From the NCBI GenBank assembly GCA_965237835.1, contig OZ250160.1, positions 18,371 through 82,370 of the forward strand: a DNA stretch of 64,000 nt. Direction: 5' to 3'. This stretch comes from Candidatus Poribacteria bacterium (lineage in GTDB: Bacteria > Poribacteria > WGA-4E > WGA-3G). A program made the position numbers and the translations under genes. Positions 20,301-29,251 of this stretch are shown here, one piece after another. A model generated the notes under the pieces. The model saw only the letters and a list, made by a program, of their open reading frames with translations. It made no database searches and was not told the DNA's origin. Within the stretch, counting starts at the first letter, position 1; each line of letters begins with the position of its first letter.

Positions 20301-21151
20301 AAATGGTTGTCATCTCTAAGGATTTGGTTCAGCAAAAATCTGTCAGTTAAAAACTCAGCAGCAGTACATTTAATAACGAGCGGTGCTAAATCGTCAGTCC
20401 TTGTGGCTTCTAAAACGAGCTTCGTTTTTCCTATACCGGGCTCCCCTAATACCCGCACGTGAACTGTATTGTGCTTTTCTCGCAATTCATTTTGAATTTT
20501 TGGAATCAATTCACTCTGCGATTGACCGGGGAAAAATGGAACTCGCATCGTCCCATCTTCAGACCAACTCTGATGGGTTTGGAAAAACCCTCGATCATTC
20601 CTATTGACCCACAACGCTAACGATGGGAACGACTCAAGGAAGGCTATCAGGGTATTCTGAGTAAATACGTCCACTTTGGGATGTGGATAATCACACTGCC
20701 TCAAGTAATCTTCAATATGAGAACGAATTTTTTCTCGATTAGGCACAGTAGGATCAATTCCGGTGCAGACTAAAACGTAAGTGCCATCAACATCAAGGCA
20801 CGCTCGAATACTTTCACCAAGATTCTGTCGCTCAGGCGTTTTTGTGCCGAAAAACTCTTTCTTAATCTCTGACTTTTGCCACGGTTTAAATTCAGATCCT
20901 GATTTAATTTGGTAACAAGTTTTTCCTTGCTTAATGATCCCGGATCCTCCTGCAATTTGAGCATCATCTACGGAAGCATCAACTCCACCATCTGGGACAG
21001 TATTCCAACTTGACACAGTAATATCGCTGATTTTTACTCCAAGGCTCCGCGCTTCTGCCCAAAGCAGTTTCTGGAAGAATTCAACTGCTGTATTTTGATC
21101 AAGTTGGTTAAGATGCTCATTTTTTACGGTAAAAATAGTTTCAATATTCAT
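17324..21151 (-). CDS. Putative STAND-class NTPase with N-terminal Mrr-like PD-(D/E)xK nuclease and long helical C-terminus (Avs-like)
   Basis: PDGGVDA...YQIKSG, Walker A GEPGIGKT, Walker B LVIDEC, GGSP helical-domain motif. Confidence 0.65.
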   Translation of the reverse strand: MNIETIFTVKNEHLNQLDQNTAVEFFQKLLWAEARSLGVKISDITVSSWNTVPDGGVDASVDDAQIAGGSGIIKQGKTCYQIKSGSEFKPWQKSEIKKEFFGTKTPERQNLGESIRACLDVDGTYVLVCTGIDPTVPNREKIRSHIEDYLRQCDYPHPKVDVFTQNTLIAFLESFPSLALWVNRNDRGFFQTHQSWSEDGTMRVPFFPGQSQSELIPKIQNELREKHNTVHVRVLGEPGIGKTKLVLEATRTDDLAPLVIKCTAAEFLTDRFLLNQILRDDNHFSIILVIDECDPESRFYIWDKLQYRGSRIKLISIYNNHDPIAGSGISEFEMEHLQDEQILTIIQGYGVPKETADLYLQFCGGSPRMALHTGKILANYPGDPSQLLTDDYLYKNFYVDFGKENPNSPEVHQRELVLRYIALFKQFGFGGPLVVEAQAIAKKIEAANSQVTWHRFQEIIDTLKKRKILQGGSTLYITPKALQIKLWVEWWQVYGNPFDYDTFIKDFPPKLIEWFNEMFRYASESEPALRIVEGHLGPNGPFQNNEYLNTRLGSSFFLTLTEADPESALKCLMRTIGTWDKDTLLEFTGGRRNVIWALEKIAMHRDLFVDAARLLLALGEAENETYSNNASGVFAELFSPGTGKVAPTEAPPVERLPVLKEAFESGSKERRALALKACHKGLISDHFSRMSGAEYQGLRGILKLWEPKTYGELWDAYRQVWQLLSEQLEHLHADERKEVVEILLGRAGSLGRIPTLGDMVVNTFRTIIKHKLASEKQIIEAISGILFHDDSYVDNKGLPSEIRQRFEQLRDELIGSDFHSLMQRYVGMDLVEDLLIEDRDGVDKVKPHLETLAKQSIDNPVLLGSELSWLVTTEAKNGNKFGYELGQRDESLSLLPTLLDAQRNAGDNASTYFLGGYFHAMFDSDSELWEDQLDALCEDTTLNAIIPSLTQYSGLTDQAGLRVLNLAENGIINIYDFGLFIYKNAITSLSESVFQAWVEFLVNITDRSAVDIALKLFYNYYISRKPELTLPDELTFRLLSHPELFKESDNYRYDTMTDFYWTKTANVFLHLYSQKALELVQLMLVPFGNDRTIFDSFSQSCSFLTETTKEYPAEVWKYVSEYLDSRDNFSRTISLGNWLRKGDLSETEKEKGALTLIPRENIWEWVDRDVENRAWYLAREFVPKTLLIEEWHDSLARKILVRYGDRKDVRSTLISNYSTEGFSGPASLHYQEKLQKLVDIQNSDNEEKVNRWINEFTPFLKEQIEHAKIDEEREH

Positions 21152-21235
21152 TTTATTATCCCTTATGATGCAATATCAAATTAACTTGATTTATCTCATT
21201 TTTCTTGGTATGCGGAAGATGGATAATTATTCTCT

Positions 21236-23245
21236 TCAATCTGCGGGTGCGAAGTCTGTCAGCGAACTACTTTCAGGTTTCTTGCTTGGTAGACTTAAGA
21301 TTGCTTCCACAATGAGTGCTATCGCCATCGCAATGAGAAATGTGCGCCAGAGTTCATTGGCTAAAGATGAGGTGTCTCCGACCTCTACATCTATTCGCCG
21401 ATACGACAATCCATCAAAGAGTGCGTCTACTGTCTCAACGGGTGCTGCTTTAGCGGTGTCTTCAGCGGAGCTGCGGTTCACGGCTACCCAATACGCCTCG
21501 TCTCGGTAGACTCCAGCATGTAACCCGCGTTGTGAAAGGGATGCAGCATTTCCTTCAGGTGCAACCGCCTCCCATTTTTCACGGTCTGCAAGTGCATCAG
21601 GTGCAGCGTCGCGTTGAGATGCTTCAGTCAATGCGCGGCATCCCTCAGCTAACGCACGCTGCAACATCACATAAAAGACTATCCCGTCCCGTTCAAGAGA
21701 AGAAAATTGCGCTCTTGGTAGTGTGCTACAGAAATATACTGCACCGTTGTCAGTATTTACACGTGTTAAGAGTGGTGAATCGTCTCCGAACCTTGCTAAC
21801 GGCGTTCCGCTGCTCTCAATAGCACGATACCGATAGGTGCGTAGATCGTTCAAAGGTAAAGGGTTACCACTATCTACATGTGCCAGCAGATCCGCATCGC
21901 CACGCCACCACGAAATCTGGGAAACTTGCTCATCATCAGGTATCTGCCAATCGTTCCAACGCGTGTCAAACATTTGATCACCAGCATCCTGACTCGGTGG
22001 GAAAAAGATGACGACTCGTCCACTGTTAACGAAATTCTGAACCTGCTCCGCAACCAACTGATTAGGTAAAGCTGCCTGCCAGATTAACAATCCTGTATTT
22101 TCCCAATCAATCTCCCCAACACGGCTGACAGGAATCACATCTGCTTGATGTTGATGTCTGGCGTCCGTTGGTATATTGAGGGCGCGCCGAAACGCGTCGC
22201 CAGTTCTAGCATCATCACTAACGATGACCGATTTGCGCACAGGCGATTCTGAAAATACAAAGAAAAATCGATTGTCCAACGAATTCGCGTCACCCGGTAA
22301 CCCGACTGACCCCCATCCCGAAGTGAGTGTGCCGTCAATTGGGATGCGGTGTCCTTGCAATGATGCCCCGCGTGTATCAAGTTCAACTTCGACCACAGAT
22401 CGAACGTTGTTAACTTCAAACTCAATGGGCACTTCTCGTATTGCAGTATTGCTGCCTTCAGTGCGAACCATCACATCAAGAATGAGTTCCGCTTCGTTAC
22501 CGCGTTGCCATCGTTGTACGTTTTCCACCCTAACTGATAAGTTGTTCGAAGCTAGTGCTGAATATGCGAGCAGGAAGTGATTCACACCGTCTAATTGTGT
22601 CAATTCTTGTCGTATCGCATCCCAACGTCCGCTGTCAACAGCCCAATCGTTCTCTTGAAGGTCAGAGCAGAGCCAGACATCAGCACGTCCAGAATTGTTA
22701 GTTTTGAGATAGGTTAAGGCAGATTCAAACATGCCCGGAATATTGGCACTAGTAGCACTTGAATCCGTCATAGGAAGGCTTAACAATGCCTTTGGTGAAT
22801 CTACTTCTTGCAGCTGCCCGGTTGCGCTATCAATCAGAATCAGGTGAGTGCCGTAATCTCCTTGTTCCAGCAACTGTGTGAGTCTTTTTAGTGCTGTTGA
22901 TCTTTTTGACTCACCTGCCTGTAAGTCTTGCATTTCCATACTCGCGGATCGGTCAAGTAGTACCATAGTTACATCGGGTTTTGCTAATCCAATGCTTCCC
23001 AACCATCCACCAGAGAGCGGTCTGCTAATGGCAAAAATCAAAGCCGCAATAGCAAGTACACGCATCAGCAGTATGAGGATATGTCGGATACGTGCCATGC
23101 CTTTACTCATGCGTTTGGCGGTCACAAGGAACATCATCGCTGCCCAGGGGACTGTCCGATGTCGCTGTTGATTAATCAAGTGAATGATGACCGGTAGCAG
23201 CATCAGAGGGAGTGCTATTAAGGCAAAAGGTTGTAGGAAATTCAT
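21236..23245 (-). CDS. BatA domain / vWA protein
   Basis: MNFLQP..LPVIIHLI..WAAMMFL BatA N-terminus; DRSASM. Confidence 0.85.
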   Translation of the reverse strand: MNFLQPFALIALPLMLLPVIIHLINQQRHRTVPWAAMMFLVTAKRMSKGMARIRHILILLMRVLAIAALIFAISRPLSGGWLGSIGLAKPDVTMVLLDRSASMEMQDLQAGESKRSTALKRLTQLLEQGDYGTHLILIDSATGQLQEVDSPKALLSLPMTDSSATSANIPGMFESALTYLKTNNSGRADVWLCSDLQENDWAVDSGRWDAIRQELTQLDGVNHFLLAYSALASNNLSVRVENVQRWQRGNEAELILDVMVRTEGSNTAIREVPIEFEVNNVRSVVEVELDTRGASLQGHRIPIDGTLTSGWGSVGLPGDANSLDNRFFFVFSESPVRKSVIVSDDARTGDAFRRALNIPTDARHQHQADVIPVSRVGEIDWENTGLLIWQAALPNQLVAEQVQNFVNSGRVVIFFPPSQDAGDQMFDTRWNDWQIPDDEQVSQISWWRGDADLLAHVDSGNPLPLNDLRTYRYRAIESSGTPLARFGDDSPLLTRVNTDNGAVYFCSTLPRAQFSSLERDGIVFYVMLQRALAEGCRALTEASQRDAAPDALADREKWEAVAPEGNAASLSQRGLHAGVYRDEAYWVAVNRSSAEDTAKAAPVETVDALFDGLSYRRIDVEVGDTSSLANELWRTFLIAMAIALIVEAILSLPSKKPESSSLTDFAPAD

Positions 23246-23375
23246 AGTGGTTTATTGGCTGTTAACTTTCGGCGGTTAACTGTCGGTTCTCATTTTATTT
23301 ACTTTTATGGTTGTATTTGTTAACTCAGTATATTGAGTGGCATTGATATATTTGAGGTTATGAGCAAAAAGAATA

Positions 23376-23470
23376 ATACCAAATTAACGGGATTTGAAGT
23401 CTTCAGATAAAGTCAAGCATTGCAAGGAGGACCCGGGGACCTCGCGCTACAAATCCCGTTAATTGGGTAT
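23376..23470. mobile_element. Family-A MITE
   Basis: ATACCAAATTAACGGGATTTG...CAAATCCCGTTAATTGGGTAT. Confidence 0.85.
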
Positions 23471-23528
23471 AACGGCTTTTGGCATATAGTCTTCTCTGAC
23501 AGTCGATAGCCAAAAGCAAAAAACTATC

Positions 23529-24434
23529 TCACATTCGCCTTTTTGGGGTTCGTCCCAATAGGAATTTTGCCAATACGTCGCCGTAGTCCTCGTTGATACA
23601 GATACGATGGTAGTCCATTTCTGTGCCGCGGATAACTTCGTTCATGCTTTCGAGATATACTTCAAGTGCGCGGCGATATTGCGTTCCAATAATGATTGGG
23701 TCTGCCAATATGGGTTCGCCCCCCTCCATATCAACAAAGCGCATTGGACGATCGAACTTAAAATCGAGTTCGTTCTGCTCCATGAGATGAAACACCGCTA
23801 CATCGTGTTTACGGAATCGTAGGTGCTCAAAACAGTTCCGCGCCACTTCCGGTTCAATGAAGAGATCAGAGATGATAACAATAAGTGCTCGCTGGGGGAC
23901 ACGTTCAGCAGTCTCATGAAGAATGTCTGCTAATCCTGTCTCACCAGTCGGTTCAACCGCTCCGAGTTCATCAAGCACCGTACTGAGGTGTGTTGCGCTT
24001 CGCTTAGGTGGGATCTCTTTGTGGAAATGTTCACCTGCACAGTAGAGTCCGACAGCATCGCCTTGTAGTGCAGCGATATAGGCTAAGGTGCCGCCGATGC
24101 GCCGTGCATAGTCAAGTTTGCTCATACCGTTGTAGGCGAACCCCATGGATCCGCTGGTATCAACGATTAAGCACATGCGCAGGTTCGTATCTGCCTCAAA
24201 TTCCTTGATGTAGTATCGATCATTACGGGCATACGCGCGCCAATCAAGTCTTCGTGTGTCATCGCCCGGCACGTACTTACGGTATTCAGCGAATTCAAGG
24301 CTTGACCCACGGATAGGACTACGATGTTTGCCGGATACGTTCCCTATCATCGGCAACCGAGCATGTAGTTGCAGCGTTGAGAGACGTTCAAGGACCGTCT
24401 GGTTGAGGTAATCTCGTTTGAGTTGTAGTGCCAT
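23529..24434 (-). CDS. DUF58 domain protein
   Basis: G.HRS...G.S.EFAEYR.Y.PGDD.R..DW; DTSGSM; ISD. Confidence 0.92.
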   Translation of the reverse strand: MALQLKRDYLNQTVLERLSTLQLHARLPMIGNVSGKHRSPIRGSSLEFAEYRKYVPGDDTRRLDWRAYARNDRYYIKEFEADTNLRMCLIVDTSGSMGFAYNGMSKLDYARRIGGTLAYIAALQGDAVGLYCAGEHFHKEIPPKRSATHLSTVLDELGAVEPTGETGLADILHETAERVPQRALIVIISDLFIEPEVARNCFEHLRFRKHDVAVFHLMEQNELDFKFDRPMRFVDMEGGEPILADPIIIGTQYRRALEVYLESMNEVIRGTEMDYHRICINEDYGDVLAKFLLGRTPKRRM

Positions 24435-24437
24435 ACT

Positions 24438-25460
24438 TTACCTCTGTTCGGTCAACTCTTCTACGAGACGTTCAACGATGTCTTGGCTGGTAATGTTTTC
24501 AGATTCGGCAGCGAAGGATGTAATGACACGGTGTGCAAGCACTGGATTTGCTACTGCGATGACATCTTCAAGCCGTGCCATGTAGCTACCGCTGAGTGCA
24601 GCGCGTGCCTTCGCACCGAGTATTAAGTATTGAACTGCCCGTGGACCGGCACCCCAAGCGATGAGAGGTTTGAGCCAATCAGGTGCTGCATCGCCTTTTG
24701 GTCGTGTGCTGCGTGCTAAGTCAACAGCGAATTCATAGATATGCTCGGAAACTGGGACGCGACGCACAAGGTTTTGAAAGGCTATGACCCGTTCACCCGA
24801 CAGGACATGTTCTAACGTAGGAAGTGACATTCCGGTTGTAGTTCGAGCAATTTCGATTTCTTCAGATCGTGTCGGATAGTCCACATCGATTCTGAACATA
24901 AATCGATCCAATTGTGCTTCTGGTAATGGGTATGTGCCTTCCTGCTCAATTGGGTTTTGCGTTGCTAACACAAAGAACGGCGGAGCTAACTGGTAGGTCC
25001 TGCCGATTACAGTGATCTTGTGTTCCTGCATAGCTTCAAGCATTGCAGCTTGGGTTTTGGAAGGTGCACGGTTAATCTCGTCTGCAAGGATGAGATTAGC
25101 AAACAGTGGACCCTTTACGAACTCAAACTCGCGTCTACCGCCTGGAATTTCTTGGAGGATGTCTGTGCCGGTGATGTCCATCGGCATGAGGTCAGGTGTG
25201 AATTGGATTCGACTGAACTCCAATGCCATGGTTTCGGCAAACCGGCGCACCAAAAGCGTTTTCGCCAATCCGGGGACACCCATCAATAGTGCGTGCCCTT
25301 GCGAAAACAGACAGATTGATAAGTCTTCAATGACTTGATCCTGACCGATGATGATCTTTGCAAGCGACTTCTTTAATTGGCCGTAAACATCTCTAAGTTC
25401 GTCAATAGCAGCAACGTCGTCAGCATCCATTGCGTCGGTGTGTTGTGGTGTTGTTTGCAT
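24438..25460 (-). CDS. moxR: MoxR family AAA+ ATPase
   Basis: GVPGLAKT, RIQFTPDLMP, DEINR, ATQNPIEQEGTYPLPEAQLDRF. Confidence 0.95.
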   Translation of the reverse strand: MQTTPQHTDAMDADDVAAIDELRDVYGQLKKSLAKIIIGQDQVIEDLSICLFSQGHALLMGVPGLAKTLLVRRFAETMALEFSRIQFTPDLMPMDITGTDILQEIPGGRREFEFVKGPLFANLILADEINRAPSKTQAAMLEAMQEHKITVIGRTYQLAPPFFVLATQNPIEQEGTYPLPEAQLDRFMFRIDVDYPTRSEEIEIARTTTGMSLPTLEHVLSGERVIAFQNLVRRVPVSEHIYEFAVDLARSTRPKGDAAPDWLKPLIAWGAGPRAVQYLILGAKARAALSGSYMARLEDVIAVANPVLAHRVITSFAAESENITSQDIVERLVEELTEQR

Positions 25461-25611
25461 AATATTTCCTTTTGATGAAAATAGGAAGAAAGGTGAAAAT
25501 ATAGATGATTGGGATCTCTATCATCTAACCAAGTTCGTTCCACATATATTTTTAAATCTAAATACGGTTTAAAATGCTTACAGTTAATGATACCGATACA
25601 GATATTCAATT

Positions 25612-26265
25612 CTACAAATCTGAGTCAGAATTCTCAAGTGACGTATGGGTGTATTGTCCATTGCAGCTTGCTTTGAAAACAGAATCAATTGCCCCGAAGA
25701 GGATGTGCAAATTATCCATTGTCACGCTCGTTCTGTTTCGGATAAAGTCATCAGCAATAAGTTGTCCAAATTCCCATAATTTTCCGTCGCTTACAATTCC
25801 GTAGACAGGGAAATCGGCATCCCCATTAATTTTTTGGGCGGCTACTAACTCTGCCAGACATTGCCCCCAACCTTGATCAAAATCGTTCTTCTTTGCTTCA
25901 ACAAGGATGATCAGTGGTATACCGACAACGGGAATACCTAACTCAGACCGTGTAGAAATAAGGTAATCCGGGGGACCGCTCAATGTTTCATCGTAGGCGA
26001 TGGCTTTCTTAATCCAGAGAGCGTAGTCTTTTGCGTAGTCTTTGTAAACCTCCTTTAAAATCGGAAAGATAATAGCCTCACATCGCGCTGCCTCGGATGC
26101 AAAAACATCTATATGTTGCGTGCAAAACTCAAATTCTTGCAGAAAGTGTTCTGAAGGGGTGCATGAGGTTTCCTCAATCTGGACGAAATCTTTTACTGTG
26201 TAAGTGATTCTGAATTTTTCTAACACTTCTGGAATTGTTTTGAAATCACTAAAAGTCATGTTCAC
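25612..26265 (-). CDS. PD-(D/E)xK nuclease-like hypothetical protein (HsdR N-terminal-like)
   Basis: PDY...VEAKK...QCLAELVAAQ...YGIVSDG..W motifs. Confidence 0.65.
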   Translation of the reverse strand: MNMTFSDFKTIPEVLEKFRITYTVKDFVQIEETSCTPSEHFLQEFEFCTQHIDVFASEAARCEAIIFPILKEVYKDYAKDYALWIKKAIAYDETLSGPPDYLISTRSELGIPVVGIPLIILVEAKKNDFDQGWGQCLAELVAAQKINGDADFPVYGIVSDGKLWEFGQLIADDFIRNRTSVTMDNLHILFGAIDSVFKASCNGQYTHTSLENSDSDL

Positions 26266-26489
26266 ACCTCCCGTTAAAACATTGTAGCATACTCTGGGGT
26301 ATATGTCAAGAGTTTGTGTAAACGGAAGTACCCAATGAATTGCGCGATTAAATAAATTGAATAGTGATCGAATTTAAATTATAGCCCCAGTCATGGTACA
26401 GTGACACCAGTTAAAGGGAAAATGGTTGCATAATTCTGAAAGAGAGTAATTCAAGAGTTAGGACTTAGGCATTAATTTATGGTAAATCC

Positions 26490-26910
26490 TATAATTACTA
26501 TAGTTTGGACAATTTTAAGTTTTTTAGAGACAAAAAGCAGAAAAGAGGGTATCCTTTCAGTTGTGTTTACAGAACATTTTGAATACCGGTTTGGAAGTCC
26601 TGACAAGATGAAACTGTCCAAACTATAGTAATTATACTATACTTTGGACAATTTCTATCTGTTTCATGTTGTGTTTTCAAGTCCTTGCTGATTTTTCATT
26701 GAGTTTCGAATGGGAACGTAACTCACAGAAAAAGAATTTCAGGTGCAAGCAAGAGCAGCCCCAGCGGGGCGGAATGTCTATAGGGACATCGTGAACAAAC
26801 CTTCTTTAGCTCCAGCGGGGCGACAGGTATATAGAATGTAGATGCAACTGAGGTATTTCTATAAAACCTAATCTACACTACAATTTGAAAAAAATGTCCA
26901 AACTATAGTA
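26490..26910. mobile_element. Two adjacent family-C MITE-like elements (26490-26636, 26635-26910)
   Basis: Perfect 22-bp inverted repeat TATAATTACTATAGTTTGGACA in the first; the second has the same TIR core and two CCAGCGGGGCG..TATAG hairpin repeats. Confidence 0.7.
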
Positions 26911-26990
26911 ACCACTACAAGTCGTAAGCATAAGAGTGATGTAGAATCCTTGGGACCTAAAACCGTATCTATAGAACACCAGAAGATGTT

Positions 26991-29120
26991 TTGATGCATG
27001 ACAATAAATTAGATATTTCCGCACCAGCAGGTGGCGGTGAAGAGGACGTAACCACTTGGGCACTCCCCGAAGGTGCGATTGCCCGTTTAGGGCGCGGACG
27101 TGAACCTGACATCAAGTTTTCATCTGATGGGCAGTATCTTGCTATCGGCAACTCCTTCGGACTCTGGTTATATGATCTGGCAACGTTATCCCCAATCACA
27201 CTCTGGGAGACAGAACGCGGCATGGTTAGTCGCGTCGCCTTTTCACATAACGGTAAATGGATTGCCGCAAGCAATTCAGATCGAATTCTTAAAGTGTTGG
27301 ATGTCCAGAATGGCACGTGCTTGACACAAATAGAGACAGAAGATTATATTTCAGGATTGACTTTTTCCTCTGATAACCGATATCTTGCTGCTGCCTATGC
27401 ACGTTCTTCTACTATTGAAATCTGGAATCCAGAAACCGGTGAACCGTTTGCAAAATTCACTACAGACATTGAAAAAGCCGGTTTCTACTGCCCTATCAGT
27501 TTTTCACCAGATACTCAACTGATAGCGTCTACGTGTAGCTCCGCTACCACTGATAATGCGGAGTCAATAATAGTATGGGATATGGAAAGCGGCGAACAAA
27601 TTGCGTGTCTCTCAAAGCACACCAATTGGGTCACAACCCTCTGCTTTTCACCATGTGGGAAGTTCCTCGCCTCTGGCGGTGAAGATGGCACCGTATACGT
27701 ATGGGATGTGGATACTTGGCAACAGGTACAGTCATATACTGACTATGGCAAGGTGTATCGCATTATCCCTTCCTATTCACAAGATGGAATTCTACGTGCA
27801 TCGATTATCACCTATGACGAAACCGGTCCAGCCACTATCACTGTCCAAGACCTTGAGAGCGGAGAACAACTTTATACTGATCAAGTCTGGGGCAATACCG
27901 TGCAATTTTCCGATGCAGGCGATTGGGGAAACACTGTCGTATTTTCAAACGGATCGCAACTTGCTTACGAATGCAGACATGAATTTATTAACGTATGGAC
28001 TTCTGAACATCCCTACAGACGACAATTCACGCATTCGCCTATCTCGTTTCCGACATCGGTAGTATTTTCCCAAGATGGTAAAACGTTAGCCGTTCAGCAT
28101 CATCATGAAGGTGTTGTGTTATGGGATATTGAAAGTAAACGTTCACGTCCTGCAATTAAAGAGGCATCGGCAGGAAAAAATCAGTTTGTGTACGCACCCG
28201 CCAGGGGCAAACTACATGTCGCAAGTATCAAAGATGATAACGTTACGCTATGGGAAGCTGATGGTGATGGAATCCCACTTATTGAAGGAACATGCCGTAA
28301 ATACTGGAGTGCTTTTCCTGCATTAGCACCGACAGGCACGCTTTTCGCTTATGCTGACGCAGATGGCAACTTACAAATCTGGGATGTGCAAAGTGGGGAG
28401 AAACTTCATGAATTAACACATCCGCTATATGAAGATGAGGAGGATGAAGATGATGAAGATGACGAAGATAAAATTAGTGAGTTAGCGTTCAGTCCCGATG
28501 GAAGTCTTCTCACAAGTGAGTCGCGTTTCACACCTGTTCGGCTGTGGGATATGGAACATGGTGAAGAAATAATCGCATTTCCGGGTGATAGCCTTGGAGG
28601 AATCATAGGATTTTCTCCCTGTGGCAAGTATCTCGCTTGTTTTGGAGAATATGTCCAATTGTGGGACATCACCCGTGGCGAAATGTTCATAACGTCTATA
28701 ACACAAGATCAGGTGACAGACGAGTTCGCGTTTTCGCCGTGTGGGCGGTACTTGGCTGCAGGTATGAACGAAATTATGCTGTGGGACATCGCCCGTTGTG
28801 AATTACACATGCAGCTCCCACTCCCACAAGGATGCCAGCTAATGTTTCCTTTAACATTTTCTCCGTGCGGGAACTATCTTGCAGCAGGTGCATGGTGGCG
28901 ACAAGGTTTGGATAAGGTGCCTATCTGTTTGTGGGAAGTAGAAACGGGTAAACATCTTGTCACCTTTTGGGGACACTCGACAGACGTACAGGCACTCGCC
29001 TTCTCTACAGACAACAAACTTTTAGCGAGTGCAAGTTATGATGGTTCCATTCTTCTATGGGATTTAACACCTTATATAATCGATTGGGGTCAGAAGAAGG
29101 AATTGCGGGCATCACCATAA
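26991..29120 (+). CDS. WD40 repeat protein
   Basis: Many FSP/D.G..LA.G.....WD repeats; TWALPEGAIARLGRG lead-in. Confidence 0.9.
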   Translation: MMHDNKLDISAPAGGGEEDVTTWALPEGAIARLGRGREPDIKFSSDGQYLAIGNSFGLWLYDLATLSPITLWETERGMVSRVAFSHNGKWIAASNSDRILKVLDVQNGTCLTQIETEDYISGLTFSSDNRYLAAAYARSSTIEIWNPETGEPFAKFTTDIEKAGFYCPISFSPDTQLIASTCSSATTDNAESIIVWDMESGEQIACLSKHTNWVTTLCFSPCGKFLASGGEDGTVYVWDVDTWQQVQSYTDYGKVYRIIPSYSQDGILRASIITYDETGPATITVQDLESGEQLYTDQVWGNTVQFSDAGDWGNTVVFSNGSQLAYECRHEFINVWTSEHPYRRQFTHSPISFPTSVVFSQDGKTLAVQHHHEGVVLWDIESKRSRPAIKEASAGKNQFVYAPARGKLHVASIKDDNVTLWEADGDGIPLIEGTCRKYWSAFPALAPTGTLFAYADADGNLQIWDVQSGEKLHELTHPLYEDEEDEDDEDDEDKISELAFSPDGSLLTSESRFTPVRLWDMEHGEEIIAFPGDSLGGIIGFSPCGKYLACFGEYVQLWDITRGEMFITSITQDQVTDEFAFSPCGRYLAAGMNEIMLWDIARCELHMQLPLPQGCQLMFPLTFSPCGNYLAAGAWWRQGLDKVPICLWEVETGKHLVTFWGHSTDVQALAFSTDNKLLASASYDGSILLWDLTPYIIDWGQKKELRASP

Positions 29121-29251
29121 AATCAGACGAAAATTGAGTATTTCTGAATTAAAAATTCAGATTTCTTTCCAATTATGACATTTTTGCAACCTATCCACTG
29201 CAAAATCGCGTCACCATTATTGTATGTCAAATTGATTATAGGAGTTCTCTG

